A stretch of DNA of 64,000 bases from contig OZ038378.1 of NCBI GenBank assembly GCA_964036045.1, positions 173,786,001 to 173,850,000 on the forward strand, written 5' to 3'. Under the pieces are notes generated by a model. That model saw only the letters and a program-made list of their open reading frames with translations. It searched no databases and was not told where the DNA came from. Of the stretch, positions 23,053 to 35,400 are shown in pieces. This DNA comes from Eutreptiella sp. 'Long Island Sound 2002' (Eukaryota; Protista; Euglenida). A program made the translations under genes and the position numbers. Within the stretch, counting starts at the first letter, position 1. Each line of letters begins with the position of its first letter.

Positions 23053-24613
23053 AGGGCCCAGTGCCCACGGTGGCGAGCAGCCCGCCAGCGAGGGGAGCGT
23101 CGATGACGAGGGGGGCGGAGCGCTCAACCTGCGATACGCGGGGTCGGCAGTGGACAGCCTATGGTGGGGCAATTACATGGAGGAGCCCCTCGCGCTGGCC
23201 ATCCGGCGGTGGTCCCCGGGTACCGTGGAGCGTTGGACCGCGATCCTCAGGGATGTGGGCCGGTTCGCGGCGCACTGGCCCGAGCTGGACGCAGCGGGGG
23301 CACTGTCCCGGTACCTCGTCAGGCGCGCCGCCATGGGCCAGCAGCCTGGGACGCTGCGAGGCGTCATATCCGCCCTCCGCCTGGCAGAGAAGCTGGGCTG
23401 CATACCACCCACAGTACGGCCCGTACACTGGCTCATGGCACGAGGCGCCGCGACCACCACTGCCGCGCCACGACCAACCCAAGTGTGGGCCGAGCTGGTC
23501 ACCCTCCGGCTCATGGCCCGGAACATCAGGACCACCCTCGACTGGTTCTGCTTGGGTCTTGCCGTCATCTCCTTTGCCACTCTCCTCAGGGTGGGTGAAG
23601 CAGCCAGCGTACGACCCGTGGACATCCGGACGCGGTGCACGTTGGGGTTCTTCGATGACAAAAAGGACGACGACTGGGTCACAGTACGACTGGGGGCATG
23701 GCCCGATGCATGGCGTGCGGCGATGGCAGCCCACCCGTGGGTCTCCAGCAGGCCCACATCGGTGCCGCTCATGGCTGCCGCGTTCGACCTTCAGGCGGCG
23801 ATCCATGGCTTGCTGGCTGCCACGGGATGGGAATCCATGGGATGGCACGCCTGGAGACGTGGAGGAGCTGCGGCCATGCGGGCGTTTGGAGCCGCCATCG
23901 CCAGCATCGCGGTGGCTGGGCGATGGGACAACGAGGCGGAGGCCAACAGGTACGCCAGCGCGCCCCCTGGGTGGGAATTCTTCCTGCCCGACAACGTGCC
24001 CTGGCCCACGGCGGGATTTGGCGTCGAAATCCGGCCGGTCCACGCGCACTAGCTCTGGGCGCTCGGCACGCTTGGGCCCCGTGGCCCCGACGGGACGGAC
24101 GCCGCCCCGGCCCCACCCGATGTCCGCGCTGGGAACCGTAGCAGCCAAGGGGCCGACCTGCGTGGCGATTCCGACATGCGGGACACCATCGTACTTGGCT
24201 CCTCTAGTGACGAGTCGCCCGACACGGTGGCACGCAGGGCCGCTCGGCACCCCCGCGAGAGCCAGCGCAGGGCCTATGTGCACCGAACCGTGGCCCGCGG
24301 CCGATCGGCACCCGCAGCGCGGGCGACGAGGGCTGCACCCGCCCCGAAGCCCCAGCCCAAGCAGGCCGCTGGTGGAGCAGCCGACCGCCAACCCGCAGCG
24401 GCTCCCCGTTCGACGACAGTGCCCCGGGTCACGCCGGCCCGAGCCAGCACCAGAGGCACCCAAGCACCCGGAGGGGCGCCGGCGAGACGGCGCAGCGGGG
24501 CGGCTGGAGATGCAGCTGGCGGTTGCCCGGTGCGCCAGGTGCGGCCTCGACTGGAACGACCACCTGGAGGCAGCAGCTCGCCACATGGGACGCAGCTTGA
24601 AGGCCCCCGCTGA
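22910..24613 (+). pseudogene. Tyrosine recombinase of the retrotransposon
   Basis: LLRVGE (R at 23588), HAWR (23846), GRW, RY (Y at 23951) give the R-HxxR-W-Y catalytic set. TAG at 24050, but the frame stays open to TGA 24613. Confidence 0.85.
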
Positions 24614-26395
24614 CAGTGTCCTATCCCTCCTGCAGGCGTGGTGGGCGGAGTCTATCAAGTGGGCTGTGGATCGCCCAGTGTGGAAGGAGCGGGCGGCGGC
24701 CGCAGACCTGGCGCTGGCTGAGGAGGCGCTGCACCTCCTGGCGGGGGGTGAGATCCCGCTCGATGGGGGATCCTCGACGCGCCTTAACGACCAGTCGCGC
24801 GTCACTGTGGAGCTCGCTGCGCGTGGGCTGGGCGACGCGGGCCGTGTGTCGGTCCCGGCGCACGTGTGGGAGGACTGGGCTGACCCCGAGTTTGGCGGGG
24901 CGGGGGGGCGTGTCCATCCCCTCCCCCCCTCCCGCTGCCCACGAGTGGCGGCCCTCCTGTCCAACCTAGCGTCCCAGGGCCTGGTCAGCGTGGTGGGGGG
25001 GGATGCAAATGCGGAGGTGTTCGTCAAGTGGAAGTCGGAGCGCAAATGCGCCCTCATTGTGAACATGAAGATGTTCAACAAGGGGTGCAAATACAAGGCC
25101 CGCCCATTTAAGCTCCCGTCGCTGGAGGGCTTGGCGGTCCTCCTCAGGGATCTGGGGAAAAGGGGGGGCGGGGCCGGGGGGGGGGGGGCTGTGGGGCACC
25201 AAACTGGACATAGCAAACTGCTATTGGAGTGTGGAGCTCCCCCCCCCCCCCTGGCGAGCACCATCCGGGTGGCAGCCCAGGGGCGAACGTACGCTTTTCT
25301 GCGGGTGCCTTTTGGCTGGCACCAGGTGCCTGGGCTGGTCCAGGCCCTCATTTCGGACCTGCTGGGGGATCTGGGGAGGGGGGGGGGGTGGTGGTACAGT
25401 ACCTGGATGATATCCTCTTTGTCGGACATGACCTGGGGGAAGTGGCCGCGGTCACCGACAGCGCGGCCCACCTCCTCCGACGTGCGGGCTTCATCATTAG
25501 TGAGAAGTCCGTGTTCACACCGCAGCGCTCCTTGCGGTGGATGGGCAAGGATGTAGATCTGCGTGGGCGCAGGGTGGCACCGGCGGCTTCGGCGGTGGCA
25601 GCAGTGGTGGCGGCATGGGTAAGGCTGGCACTTAACCCATACACCTATGTCGCCCTGAGGCGGCTACTAGGGAAGCTCGGGTGGTTGGGGAGGCCAGGGA
25701 ACCTGGGGGGGTGCTTTCTGGCGGGTGCCCGGTCCTGGCTGCGCTGGGGCCCACGCTGGGCCTGGCGCACACCACCGGCAGTGGTGCGCGGGCTCTGCGA
25801 GGCCATGGCCCAGTGCTACAGGGGCTGGGAGCCAGACACCGCGACCGCTGGCCCGGCAGTGCGCGTCTTTGTGGACGCCGCCAGGTATGCCCTGACCACA
25901 GGAGCTAACCCCTCCTACTGCGTCGGCTCTTGGGGACCGGGGGGGGCAGATCTGGCGCTATGTCCAGCGTGGGTGACAACCCAGCAAGCGGCTGAGCTAT
26001 GGGGGACGCTGGTGGCGCTGGACGATGCGCACGCGCGGCGAGCGCGGCGCCTCGTGCTCGTGGGGGACAACATGGGGGCGCTGGCCCAGCTGCTTTGGGG
26101 GAGGGCGGGGGCAGGCAGGGTCCAGCAGCAGCGCATCCTACGACGGATTGCGCACCGTCTCCGCTAGACGGGGCTGCAGGTGACCCTCTGCTGGGTGCAG
26201 TCCGAGCTCAACCCAGCGGACTCCATCGATAGAGCGTGGGACGGGAGGGGGGGCAGAGCAGCGGTGATCGAGGCGGCTGCCAAGGAGCGCCTGTGGGTCC
26301 ATTCGCCACAGTGGGCAGCTTGGGGAGCAATTGCCGACCGCGACAAGGCGGTCTGCCCGTGCACAGTCCCCCTCCCTGCCTGGATGGGTGGGTGA
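24510..26395 (+). pseudogene. pol: Reverse transcriptase-RNase H (pol) with homopolymer frameshifts
   Basis: KLDIANCYW (25201), FLRVPFGW, QYLDD (25397-25411); RNase H motifs VFVDA, QQAAEL, GDNMGAL, WVQSELNPAD. Frameshifts at G13 25176-88, C13 25239-51 and G11 25378-88; TAG at 26165; ends TGA 26395. Confidence 0.88.
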
Positions 26396-26411
26396 CAGTC
26401 AAAAATTTTTA

Positions 26412-26526
26412 CCCAAGGGGCTGCAAATACTGTGGTTGACTGTGGTACAGGAGTCCTGGAGTGCAGTGCAGGAGGGTGCAGGGCAGTGCAGGGCGGTGCA
26501 GGGCAGGGCGTGCACATGCCAAAACC
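26412..26526 (+). repeat. Split direct repeat B1
   Basis: cccaagggg(c)ctgcaaatactgtgg...gcacatgccaaaacc, repeated at 26728-26843. Confidence 0.92.
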
Positions 26527-26661
26527 GAAGTTTTCCATAAAAACTGAGGTTTTGGGAGGGGGGGGGGTGCAGTGGCTGAGGCTAAGACTGAGGCAGACCC
26601 CCCCCCCCCCCTGTACTGTACAGCTGATGTTATTTTGCTGAGTGTACCTCTGGGGACTGCT
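26525..26661 (+). repeat. Split direct repeat A2
   Basis: Copy of 21793-21928 abutting B1. Confidence 0.92.
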
Positions 26662-26727
26662 CGCCCGGGAGGGGTGGACATTGCACTATGTGGCGCTATA
26701 AGCGCGGCCGTGGGCCATCATCGTGCC

Positions 26728-26843
26728 CCCAAGGGGCCTGCAAATACTGTGGTTGACTGTGGTACAGGAGTCCTGGAGTGCAGTGCAGGAGGGTGCAGGG
26801 CAGTGCAGGGCGGTGCAGGGCAGGGCGTGCACATGCCAAAACC
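26728..26843 (+). repeat. Split direct repeat B2 (element right end)
   Basis: Copy of 26412-26526. Confidence 0.92.
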
Positions 26844-28511
26844 ACCAAAAGATTTGGCTGCCACCACACAAGCCGCCGTACAAAACAACGCGTCACTTAT
26901 TCCCTTAATTTTGCGCTTGAGGCTCACCGATTCAGCCATGGGTGACAGGTCAAGAGTGTGCATTAGTGTGCCAGTGCATCGGCCAGCAAGGCGACAGACA
27001 TTGCCACTCATGGTTTCGCTGATGCTGTATAAGAACTTAGGATGTTGAACCTCGCAGTTGGAGCATGGCACAAGGCACACTTCACTAGCAACACCACAAG
27101 CAAATTGCCTGAAACTGCAGCGCACTACTGATGTGGAACAGTTGGTGATCCGGAACCCCGTGGCCCTGTGCTACAATCTCCCACCTCAGTGGTGGACAGT
27201 AACCCTCCAAACTTCACAATCTGGACATTGATAATAATAATACTATATTTATCCAGGGACTGCATCTGCTCCCCTTGATGGCAGACCTAAACCACACTGC
27301 CGTTATCTTTTCCCAAAGTCCCTGCAACACGTGCTGTCCTTGCCTCATTTTGGGGCAAGTCAGCCTTTTGTATGGAGATAGGGATGGTGCGGCCCCTCTG
27401 TACCCAGAATGCACTGACCTTTTTTATAAGTCTGGTGCGGTGGTCGACGGCACCTTTGCCATCGGTCCGGGTGGCTTCACTGCTCTGACCACAGATTCAG
27501 ATGCCTTACAAACCATTGCATGGCTTCTCTTCAGTACAGCCTCCTTCTACCCAAACTGACTGTACCTGATGGTCAACCCTACCGCAATCTCCATAACCAG
27601 CATTTTTTCGGGGGGTTCAGGCTGTAGCACCCCGACAACTAACAGGGAGGGCTGAGTGTTGTGGGGGCTGCATAGAAGCTTGGAGGGCACGCAACACAAA
27701 GCCTGAGGCCTTGTCACCTGACAGCCATGCGTTACTGCTTAAAGGACTGAGGCGACGAGTGTAGTTTCGCTCTTTTGCTTTTCATTGTTGAGAATTTGTG
27801 TGCTTGTGTTAGCCAGAGACTGCAAATCTGCACAATAGTAGTTTCGCTTGAGACTCCATATGAGAGGGGCACAGTGATTTGCAGGGGGCAGGATTTTCTG
27901 GCTTTATAGTGTGGATAGGTGAGTTAGGGTGGGAACGTCTGTGCGAATGCCACCTCCACACTATGCACAGGGAGCATGGGGCAACTGCTTTTGTAGGCAA
28001 AGCGCTGGCACTTGGTGTAAGAGTGGTTCAAATGTGGGCACCAGTTGAAAAGGGGTTGGTGGGCAGCACAATTTGACCAAGTATGAGCTCGGGCCAGAAC
28101 ATGGGAGCATATTGGCACACAAATATACATTGATAAAGAATCAAAAAACTGTTGAATCCAACCTATTTCTTTGATATATTGCCAAGGTGAGATCTAATAA
28201 CCCTGGCCAAGCAGTCAACCATCACACAGAGTGGTCCGACATAAAACATTGCGCATGAGTCAGGTGCCCATTTGATTCCTTGAACACATTGGTTCGAATG
28301 AGTTGTATTGGCCATGATTGGTTGCTCAGGTGCACGTTGTGCATGGAGAAATCAATCTGATAGACAATGCCACTCACACGGGTGGCACCATGTGTTGTGC
28401 ACACATTTTAGCTATTCTGGGCCCCCAAGCAGAAGTAAATGCAGAATGATGGGAGCAAAGGCCACTATTCAGGGCACTGTTCTGGGGGAGGGGGGGGGGC
28501 ACGGGGGGGGG

Positions 28512-29186
28512 GGGGGATTGCGGTCCGCAATTTACCGCAAGTTTACCGCAATTTTTCAGTGATGCCTCTACCCAAGAATTTCATTTTTCTCCTGAGGAAA
28601 ATTCTTTCCCTCCCTTCGCTGTTACTAGGCACACTGTACATGTATGTGTTCTCATCTGTCCTGCATGTCATTTATGTGGCAGGACGCTTTTCTGTTTTTG
28701 TGTTCCCAAAATGTCATCTACTTCTGGGGACAGTGATTACGGCAATGGTAAAAGGCCAGTGAAACGTGGCAAAGGACAGGGTGGTCGAAAGGCACACTAT
28801 GCCACACAGCTTTCGCCTGCAGCACATGTCCACATTGTCCGCGATATGGAGTATGCTTCATCAACTGTACTTTGTATGAAAATTTCAAAATGCATTCGTG
28901 GCCCATTATAATGGTGACGTGGAAGGACGGTTGGGTTAACTGCTCGTGCTAAAAGCTTTGGTGCAGTTTGCATGCTATGTGCTGAAAGCCTCACTATCCT
29001 ACCATAATTGGTCAAAAAAACCTTTTTGCAAAAAGTCCTGTGCTCCAATGCTGCTCATGGCTGGTGTAGAGTCTGGGGACCAAAGAGAAATGTACCGCAG
29101 TTTTTACCGCAATTTACCACAATTTTACCGCAATTTTACTGCAATTTTACCGCAATTTTTTCAGGCGTGGGGGATCGCAATCCCCC
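28512..29186. mobile_element. Non-autonomous TIR element with (ttttaccgcaa)n subterminal arrays
   Basis: gggggattgcggtcc / ggatcgcaatccccc IR; taccgcaa repeats in the same orientation at ~28527-28556 and ~29092-29160; short ORF MSSTSGDSD...KRPVKRGK at 28711. Confidence 0.6.
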
Positions 29187-30189
29187 AGCACTGTTATACA
29201 TCAATATCCCTCCTTTTTCAATTGAGATGTTTTGATGGTTCGGGAGTATGTTTATTGGAGCATTTTTTTGACCACGTCATTTTATGTTCCCTATCTCTTT
29301 CTTCTCATACACACTCTAAATCTGGATGGCGGAGCAGCACAAACATTTCCAACCGGAGTATTTCCAAGATGGGGTGCAGGTGGAGAATGGGTAGTACCGT
29401 AGTTAGCAGAATACCCAGTGTTGTGACTGCAGGACTTTGACAACGGTCAACAAGCCTACATGATGATATTCATGCTAAAGGGCACCCGTGGAGCGCTTGT
29501 TCGCTTGCTTTTGGCTATGGAAGGTTGTGCATGACGTTTGGATGGGGACAAGAATGCTTTAGTGCTTTGTGATATTCGGGTGTGGCTTTTGACCTTTAGG
29601 TTTGAGTGGTTTTGGTTGGTGGTTTGGGCGGTTTTGCGGTTGGTTTGGGCAAAGCCACCCCAATTGCAGGTGTTGTGTGTGCATGAGGAAAAAACAAGTC
29701 ACTTGCATTTTCACACAGTTGCAAGTGCGTGTACCCACCTTGCTTTGATTGTCTGCTACCAAATGACTGCGACACTACCCTGTTTGTTAGTCCCATCAAA
29801 GAGGTTCACAAAGAATGCTTTGTTGAGTGAACGGTTGCAGCATATGATGCAGCCACTCTTGGAATGTGGTACAGTGCTATGCATGCACAACCATGCAGGA
29901 TGTTTCACCGATTTGGCGCCCCTACCCTAACACCACAGAACAGGCTACCCAGCCCAATATCACCTGCTGCGGCAGGCTTTGACGTGCACTAGTTACGACT
30001 GCGGGAGAGCACACAGCGCGGAGGCGCCTGCGGCGCCTCTGCCACTTCTAACAGCCCACACTACCACACTAGCATACCCCAGTGTCCTGCAATCCAGCAA
30101 GAGTGGCCTGTGTGGAAGGCATTAAGCATCACCGAAGCAACCATAACCTCATACCCCCTATGTGAGGATGGCGGGTAGGTGACAAGGTA

Positions 30190-31025
30190 CCCCCCCCCCC
30201 CCCCGTGTCCAACGAACACTGTGTCCAACGAACACTACCCGTTCGAACCGTATTTTTTGTGTACCTAATTAATTCGGTACATAATTAGGTACGAGACATC
30301 AGAATTGAGGTTTCAGGCCAAAGGTGCGGGGAAATGAGGGGCTGTTGCAATGTATGTTGCAGAAAACTCTAAAGCACTTAGGTAGCCATTACGGATGATG
30401 CCATTCGTGAGGTATGCCGCACCGCGTATTTTCCGAGTGGTTTGAAGTTGTCCCAATTGGAGGACACAGAATTTTTCAAGAAGCATGATCCTGAGTCCGA
30501 CTCTGATGATGGGTCACAAACTGATACGGATGACTCAGGTGACTCCGATGATAGTAGTGGTGTTGATGACTCTGATAGTGACGATGATCGTGAGTGTGAC
30601 GTGGTTTGGGCCAAGTCAGGGCGTGGGGTGTGGGGTTTGTGCCATGTTTTTGAGGACACCCTGTACCTAACCCGTGATTTGATGGAGGACAGTGCTGTCC
30701 CATCAAATCTGTCCGTCCCCAAGGTGAGCGACTCGGATGGGGCTGCCACTTCTGCCCGTGCCAAGAAAAGCCCCAAGCTCGGGGAGCACATTCAGCTTTT
30801 CCGCATGAAGCGGGACCGCAACAAGGGCTTCTACTCGGAAAAGTGTTAAGTGGAAGTCTCCAGCGCATTGTGCTTTGCATGGGCTGGGTATCTCGTGCAC
30901 AGGGATGTGTTACCGCCGGTTCACAACATTGTCGCGCGCAACGAACACTGTGTCCAATGAACACTACCTGTTCGAACCGTATTTTTTGTGTACATAATTA
31001 TTCGTTGGACACGGGGGGGGGGGGG
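30190..31025 (+). mobile_element. TA-flanked C-run TIR element A with an acidic ORF
   Basis: TA|C15-gtgtccaacgaa ... ttcgttggacac-G13|TA; ~45-bp subterminal direct repeat at both ends; frame open 30382-30849, ending HIQLFRMKRDRNKGFYSEKC. Confidence 0.8.
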
Positions 31026-31282
31026 TATGGTAATGAACTGTCTCAGACCATGAGTCTGAAGAGCCGGCACACTCTCGCACAATCTCGAACAATCGTCAAT
31101 GGCACCGGACAGTTTATATGAAAAAAAGATGTTTCACCGAGTTGTCTGTGGGAAGACAAATTTTGCATTCAATGCCTTGCAATCAATGACCATTAATGAA
31201 AATTCATGCCTTGTAATGTCTAGAGCCGCCTTTGGCGAGGCTTGTGTTTCTTACCTGATCCGTATTTTCTAATAATGTGGCC

Positions 31283-31454
31283 GCAAAGAGTCCCCATGCC
31301 CATACAGAGGATCCTTTTTGCCAATGCAAAGTGTCCCCATGCCCATATATAGGGGCCTTTTTGCCAGTGCAAAGTGTCCCCATGCCCATATATAGGGGCC
31401 TTTTTGCTAGTGCAAAGTGTCCCCATGCCCATATATAGGGGCCTTTTTGCCACG
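31283..31454. repeat. 43-bp tandem repeat x4
   Basis: gcaaagtgtccccatgcccatatataggggcctttttgccagt units start at 31283, 31326, 31369 and 31412. Confidence 0.92.
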
Positions 31455-32446
31455 GCAAGTCCATTTTTGGGCACTCTTTTGCATACTCTTTTTCAGGGGG
31501 ATGGTAGATGGAATGGCCACACATGAGCAAAAGCAACGAGCACAGGCGCAATTGAACACAAAATACACTGGAATAATCCATGGACCATCGTGAGTGCTTT
31601 GGATAAGGCTACGTCAATACTTGTGGTACGGCCACCAAGGTTTCCGGGCACATCATCACTTTCCTCCTCTGCAACCTATACCTTCCTAAAAAGGTACTTC
31701 TTTTTGGCAATGGGCAATTCAAAAGGTGAGAGTATTGAGCTGCACCGCTCAAAGTCTCAATTCCAGAATTGTTGGTTGTTTGTGCAGCGGGTACCAAAGG
31801 GTGTGTGTGCGTTGGCAGTAGGCGGGAACACATATCACAGCATATGGTTTTGTATTCATTGTGTGCATCCTATGCGCTCGCTTTGTACACCGTTTTCATT
31901 TGTGCCCTGCGTCCGTTGTTCATCCACCAAGGACTTGGGACAGTGGTGCTGAGGCCATTTCTGCCCTGGTTGGCAGTCGACCCCCCAGAGGGCTTCAGTA
32001 CCCTGAGGCAGGCAGCTCTTGCCCAGCCCAACCTAGCGCCAGAAGCCAAGCCTCAAGGCCTCACAGCTCCCCCATTAGCAGCAGGCTGTTGGCAGCCAGC
32101 AGGTGAGGCTGGAAGAGGGCATTGACTGATTGCAAAAATAGGTTAGAGGATCGTAGAGGGCGCACTTGTGTGCCTGCCGTAAGCGGACGCCTCTAACAAT
32201 TGCTGGCTGCTGGCGTTCAGCAACGCCATCGACATGCATGCCACACTTTGAATATTGCACACGGCATGTGATGATGCTTCAAATGGGTGGACACCACAAA
32301 TGAACTGAAACTACGTGCAGCCAAATCGGAGCATTCAAAAACAACCAATTGGCCTCTGATGGGGGCACAAAAATTGTTGCCAGAATAATTTTGGTGCCAA
32401 CGTCATGCCTTTGCCCAGCAAACCCGTCAGTCCTGTTCTCAGGGTC

Positions 32447-32467
32447 CTCATTTCGCCCCTGCCACAG
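32447..32467 (+). promoter_or_regulatory. Pyrimidine-rich tract plus CAG acceptor before the PDAT ATG
   Basis: tcatttcgcccctgccaCAG ends 8 nt before ATG 32476. Confidence 0.5.
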
Positions 32468-32475
32468 ACCCTTTT

Positions 32476-35400
32476 ATGACCCGCCGGAGGACCAAGAAGC
32501 ACCCGGAACCGCAGGAAAAAGCCGCCGCTGTTGATCACGATGCCTCCGTCAGCACTGTGCAGCCGGAGTCGCTCGCACCAGCTCCAGGGCCTATGAACTC
32601 CAGCTTCATTCTCCGCTCACCGAAGTCCCCTGCCCCCAGCCCCAACTCCAGCTTCGCTCCTGGCTCCACCAGGTCCAGCTTTGCGGCCCCCAGCTCTATG
32701 TCGGCCAGGTCCAGCTTCATTTGGGTCCGCAACCAGGAGCCGTTGAAGTACATCAAAAAGCGCCGCAAGAAGCTTGCAGAGGCCATGGACCGGGAGCGGT
32801 CCCGGTTCACCAACAGGTTCGCGCAGCTACTGTGCGTCGGACGCAAGAGGTGTGTGGCGTCAACAGGGCCTTCCCCCATGGGCCTCGGTCGGGTACAGTC
32901 GACAGCCGCGGCTGCATTTATGCGACAGCCACGGGTGCAGTTCGGTTGTGTCAGACAGCCACGGGCTCCATCTGGTTGTCCTCCACACATTGTACCAACC
33001 GAGCCTCGATTCCCCCAACCGATGCCCTCTGCACCTCCTGCACCTCTGGCTTTTGCCAGCTCCAACATGACTTGCCACTAGTGTCCGCCAGGTCAGGCGT
33101 GATCCGCAGGAGTTGGATCCTACCGATTCGGACATGGGATGCAGTTCCTGTTGAGTTGCAGGTGCGACCAGAACAGATATGACGGAGTGGCACATGGTGC
33201 GGGCTGATTCCTAACGAAATTTCATTACCCTCCCGGACACTAGTGGCGTGTCTGGTCCTACTGAGTTGTGTGCAGGATGCAGCTGTTTCCTACTATGTTC
33301 TGGGTGTGACAGGATCAGGTATTACCGAATAGAATGAAACTCAGTGCCCTGCCGGACACCAGTGAACAATCTTTGTCCACCACCGCCAGCCTGTCCGCCA
33401 CAGACCCCTTCCCATCGCAAAGGCTCCCTCCGTTTCTGCAGATTTCTGGCATACGGACTCCTCCTGGGGCTCCTCATCGGGGCCGGGGGGATGGTCATGT
33501 GTCAACCGGCGGTGCTGCCGGCGGGGGACTTCATGCAACAGCTCTCCACCAGCACGAGGCTGAAGTTCGGGGTGGAGCTGGAGTTCCGCGCCATGGCCAC
33601 GCTCGCCAGCCTCAAGGGGTTTGTGCCGGAGATGCCGTCGTTCCCTTCCAATTTCACGTGGTTTGGCCAGGAGGCGAAGCCTGGGCAGGTCTGTACGGAG
33701 GCACGGTGCACAGTCGTATGGTGTCGTGGTGCCGACACTTGGAGCCGCGTATGGCTGCACACCGCCGAACAAGGCGGCGGCACAGTACTGCAGCAGGCGC
33801 ACCGCGAAGGGGGACGGTCGCCTCGCGGCGTCCCCCCCCCCCCCCCTCCCTCCCCCGCGGCACACCGCACCGAAGGCCCGCAGGGGCACTCGCACGTTCC
33901 CCGCTGCCCACGCCCGTTGCCCGTGTCCCATGTCTCCGTCTGCTGTGTCCGTCCGATGTCTATCCGCGATGTCAGGCCTGTGTCGCTCGTTTGGGCCCTG
34001 TGTCGGTCCCCTTGTCCATGGCCCATGACCATGCTCTCCACGTGGGGGGCACGTTGACTGAACCGAACCGCCGCATGAGACATGCACCCGGTCCCACAAC
34101 AACAGTCTACAGGAGGGGGGGGGGCGGGATGAAATTGACATCGACACCACTTGTGCCAGGACCCGGCCGCTTCGGGGGACAGGGACAGGCCCCAGACCCC
34201 TTCCCCTCCAGGGACGCACTTGAAGGGGGAGGGGGGCTACAGAGGGGGTTGCAAGAGCGGTGGCAAAAGCGATCGCCGCAAAGGCGCAACATACGCTTCC
34301 ATGGGCCATGGCGTTGGGGAATGGTAGACTGTGCGTGTGCTGGGGTTACTAGGGGTCACCTGGGGTCAAAAAATGGCGACAAAGGATGAATTCCAGACCT
34401 GATTGGGGACGACCTGCAATGACACAAATTGTGTTCTTGAACCATGGACGCCCATTTTGTCCCGGTACTTCCGGCAGATTGCTCTTGCTAGAGCACCCTG
34501 AAGATGGTGCATTTCGAACGGTTGGGCAACCGGTCGGGAGCCCCCGCTCAAAAGACGCCCTGCCCCTCCGTCTTCAAGCGCATGCCCTCCGGCAGCAAAA
34601 GTGGGTGACTGTTCTGGGGACGGACAAAATGTCTTGAAGGNNNNNNNNNNNNNNNNNNNNNNNNNNNNNNNNNNNNNNNNNNNNNNNNNNNNNNNNNNNN
34701 NNNNNNNNNNNNNNNNNNNNNNNNNNNNNNNNNNNNNNNNNNNNNNNNNNNNNNNNNNNNNNNNNNNNNNNNNNNNNNNNNNNNNNNNNNNNNNNNNNNN
34801 NNNNNNNNNNNNNNNNNNNNNNNNNNNNNNNNNNNNNNNNCTTCTCCAGTGCAGCCCTTCTGGAACGTCAACTGTTTCCCAAACCCCCCATCGCCCCCAA
34901 CAGCGCCGTTTCGGCGGGATACATATTTACAGGCATTCATTTGTCATGGCAATCCTCCTCCTCCTTGTGTCCGAATGGGATGGGGCGCGGCGATTGCCGT
35001 GCTGGACCTGCATTTGGGGTACGGGGCGCAGTGATTGCAATGGGAATGCGGTGCAAGGGATGGGATGCAGTGGTTGCAGTGGGGATGGGGGACGGCATCT
35101 GCCGTGCCGCATTGCAGTGATAGACCTACGTTGCAGACCAGAGTGCATTTGGCGGGCCATTTTGTGAAGCAAAGGGCAGTGCAGGCGCTGCTGGCGCCAC
35201 ATTTGACAGTTTCTGAACCCTTGTTCAAGGCGTGCCACTGCACACAGTCTGGCACTTCTACCGGCACTCCTGTCTCAGAGGGAACGTTAGCGCGCCCGGC
35301 ACGCCGGGCAAAGTTTCAACGGTCACCGTCCCATCTCCAACTGTTTGGGGGTCAGCCCAACACAATGGGATTCGGGCACTTATTCCAGTGCCCAACAGAG

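Larger units (their letters stand above)
21793..26843 (+). mobile_element. Tyrosine-recombinase retrotransposon (gag-YR-RT/RNaseH; VIPER/TATE-like order) with split direct repeats
   Basis: A1 21793-21928 = A2 26525-26661; B1 26412-26526 = B2 26728-26843; internal gag, YR and pol reading frames. Confidence 0.9.

Noticed and set aside
23159-25471. 770-aa antisense ORF and the N-terminal ~520 aa of the 872-aa ORF 22938-25556
   Set aside because: Shadow frames of GC-rich YR/pol coding sequence; Pro/Arg/Gly-rich with no motifs. Only the part from ATG 24510 is pol.
22148-26167. UAG reassigned to a sense codon in the host, given that all three host genes end in TGA
   Set aside because: None of the roughly 2,200 host exon codons read here is TAG; context-specific mutation explains the TE stops more simply.
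27275-27559. 94-aa ORF downstream of the YR element
   Set aside because: No motif, no splice-linked partner, no codon bias evident.
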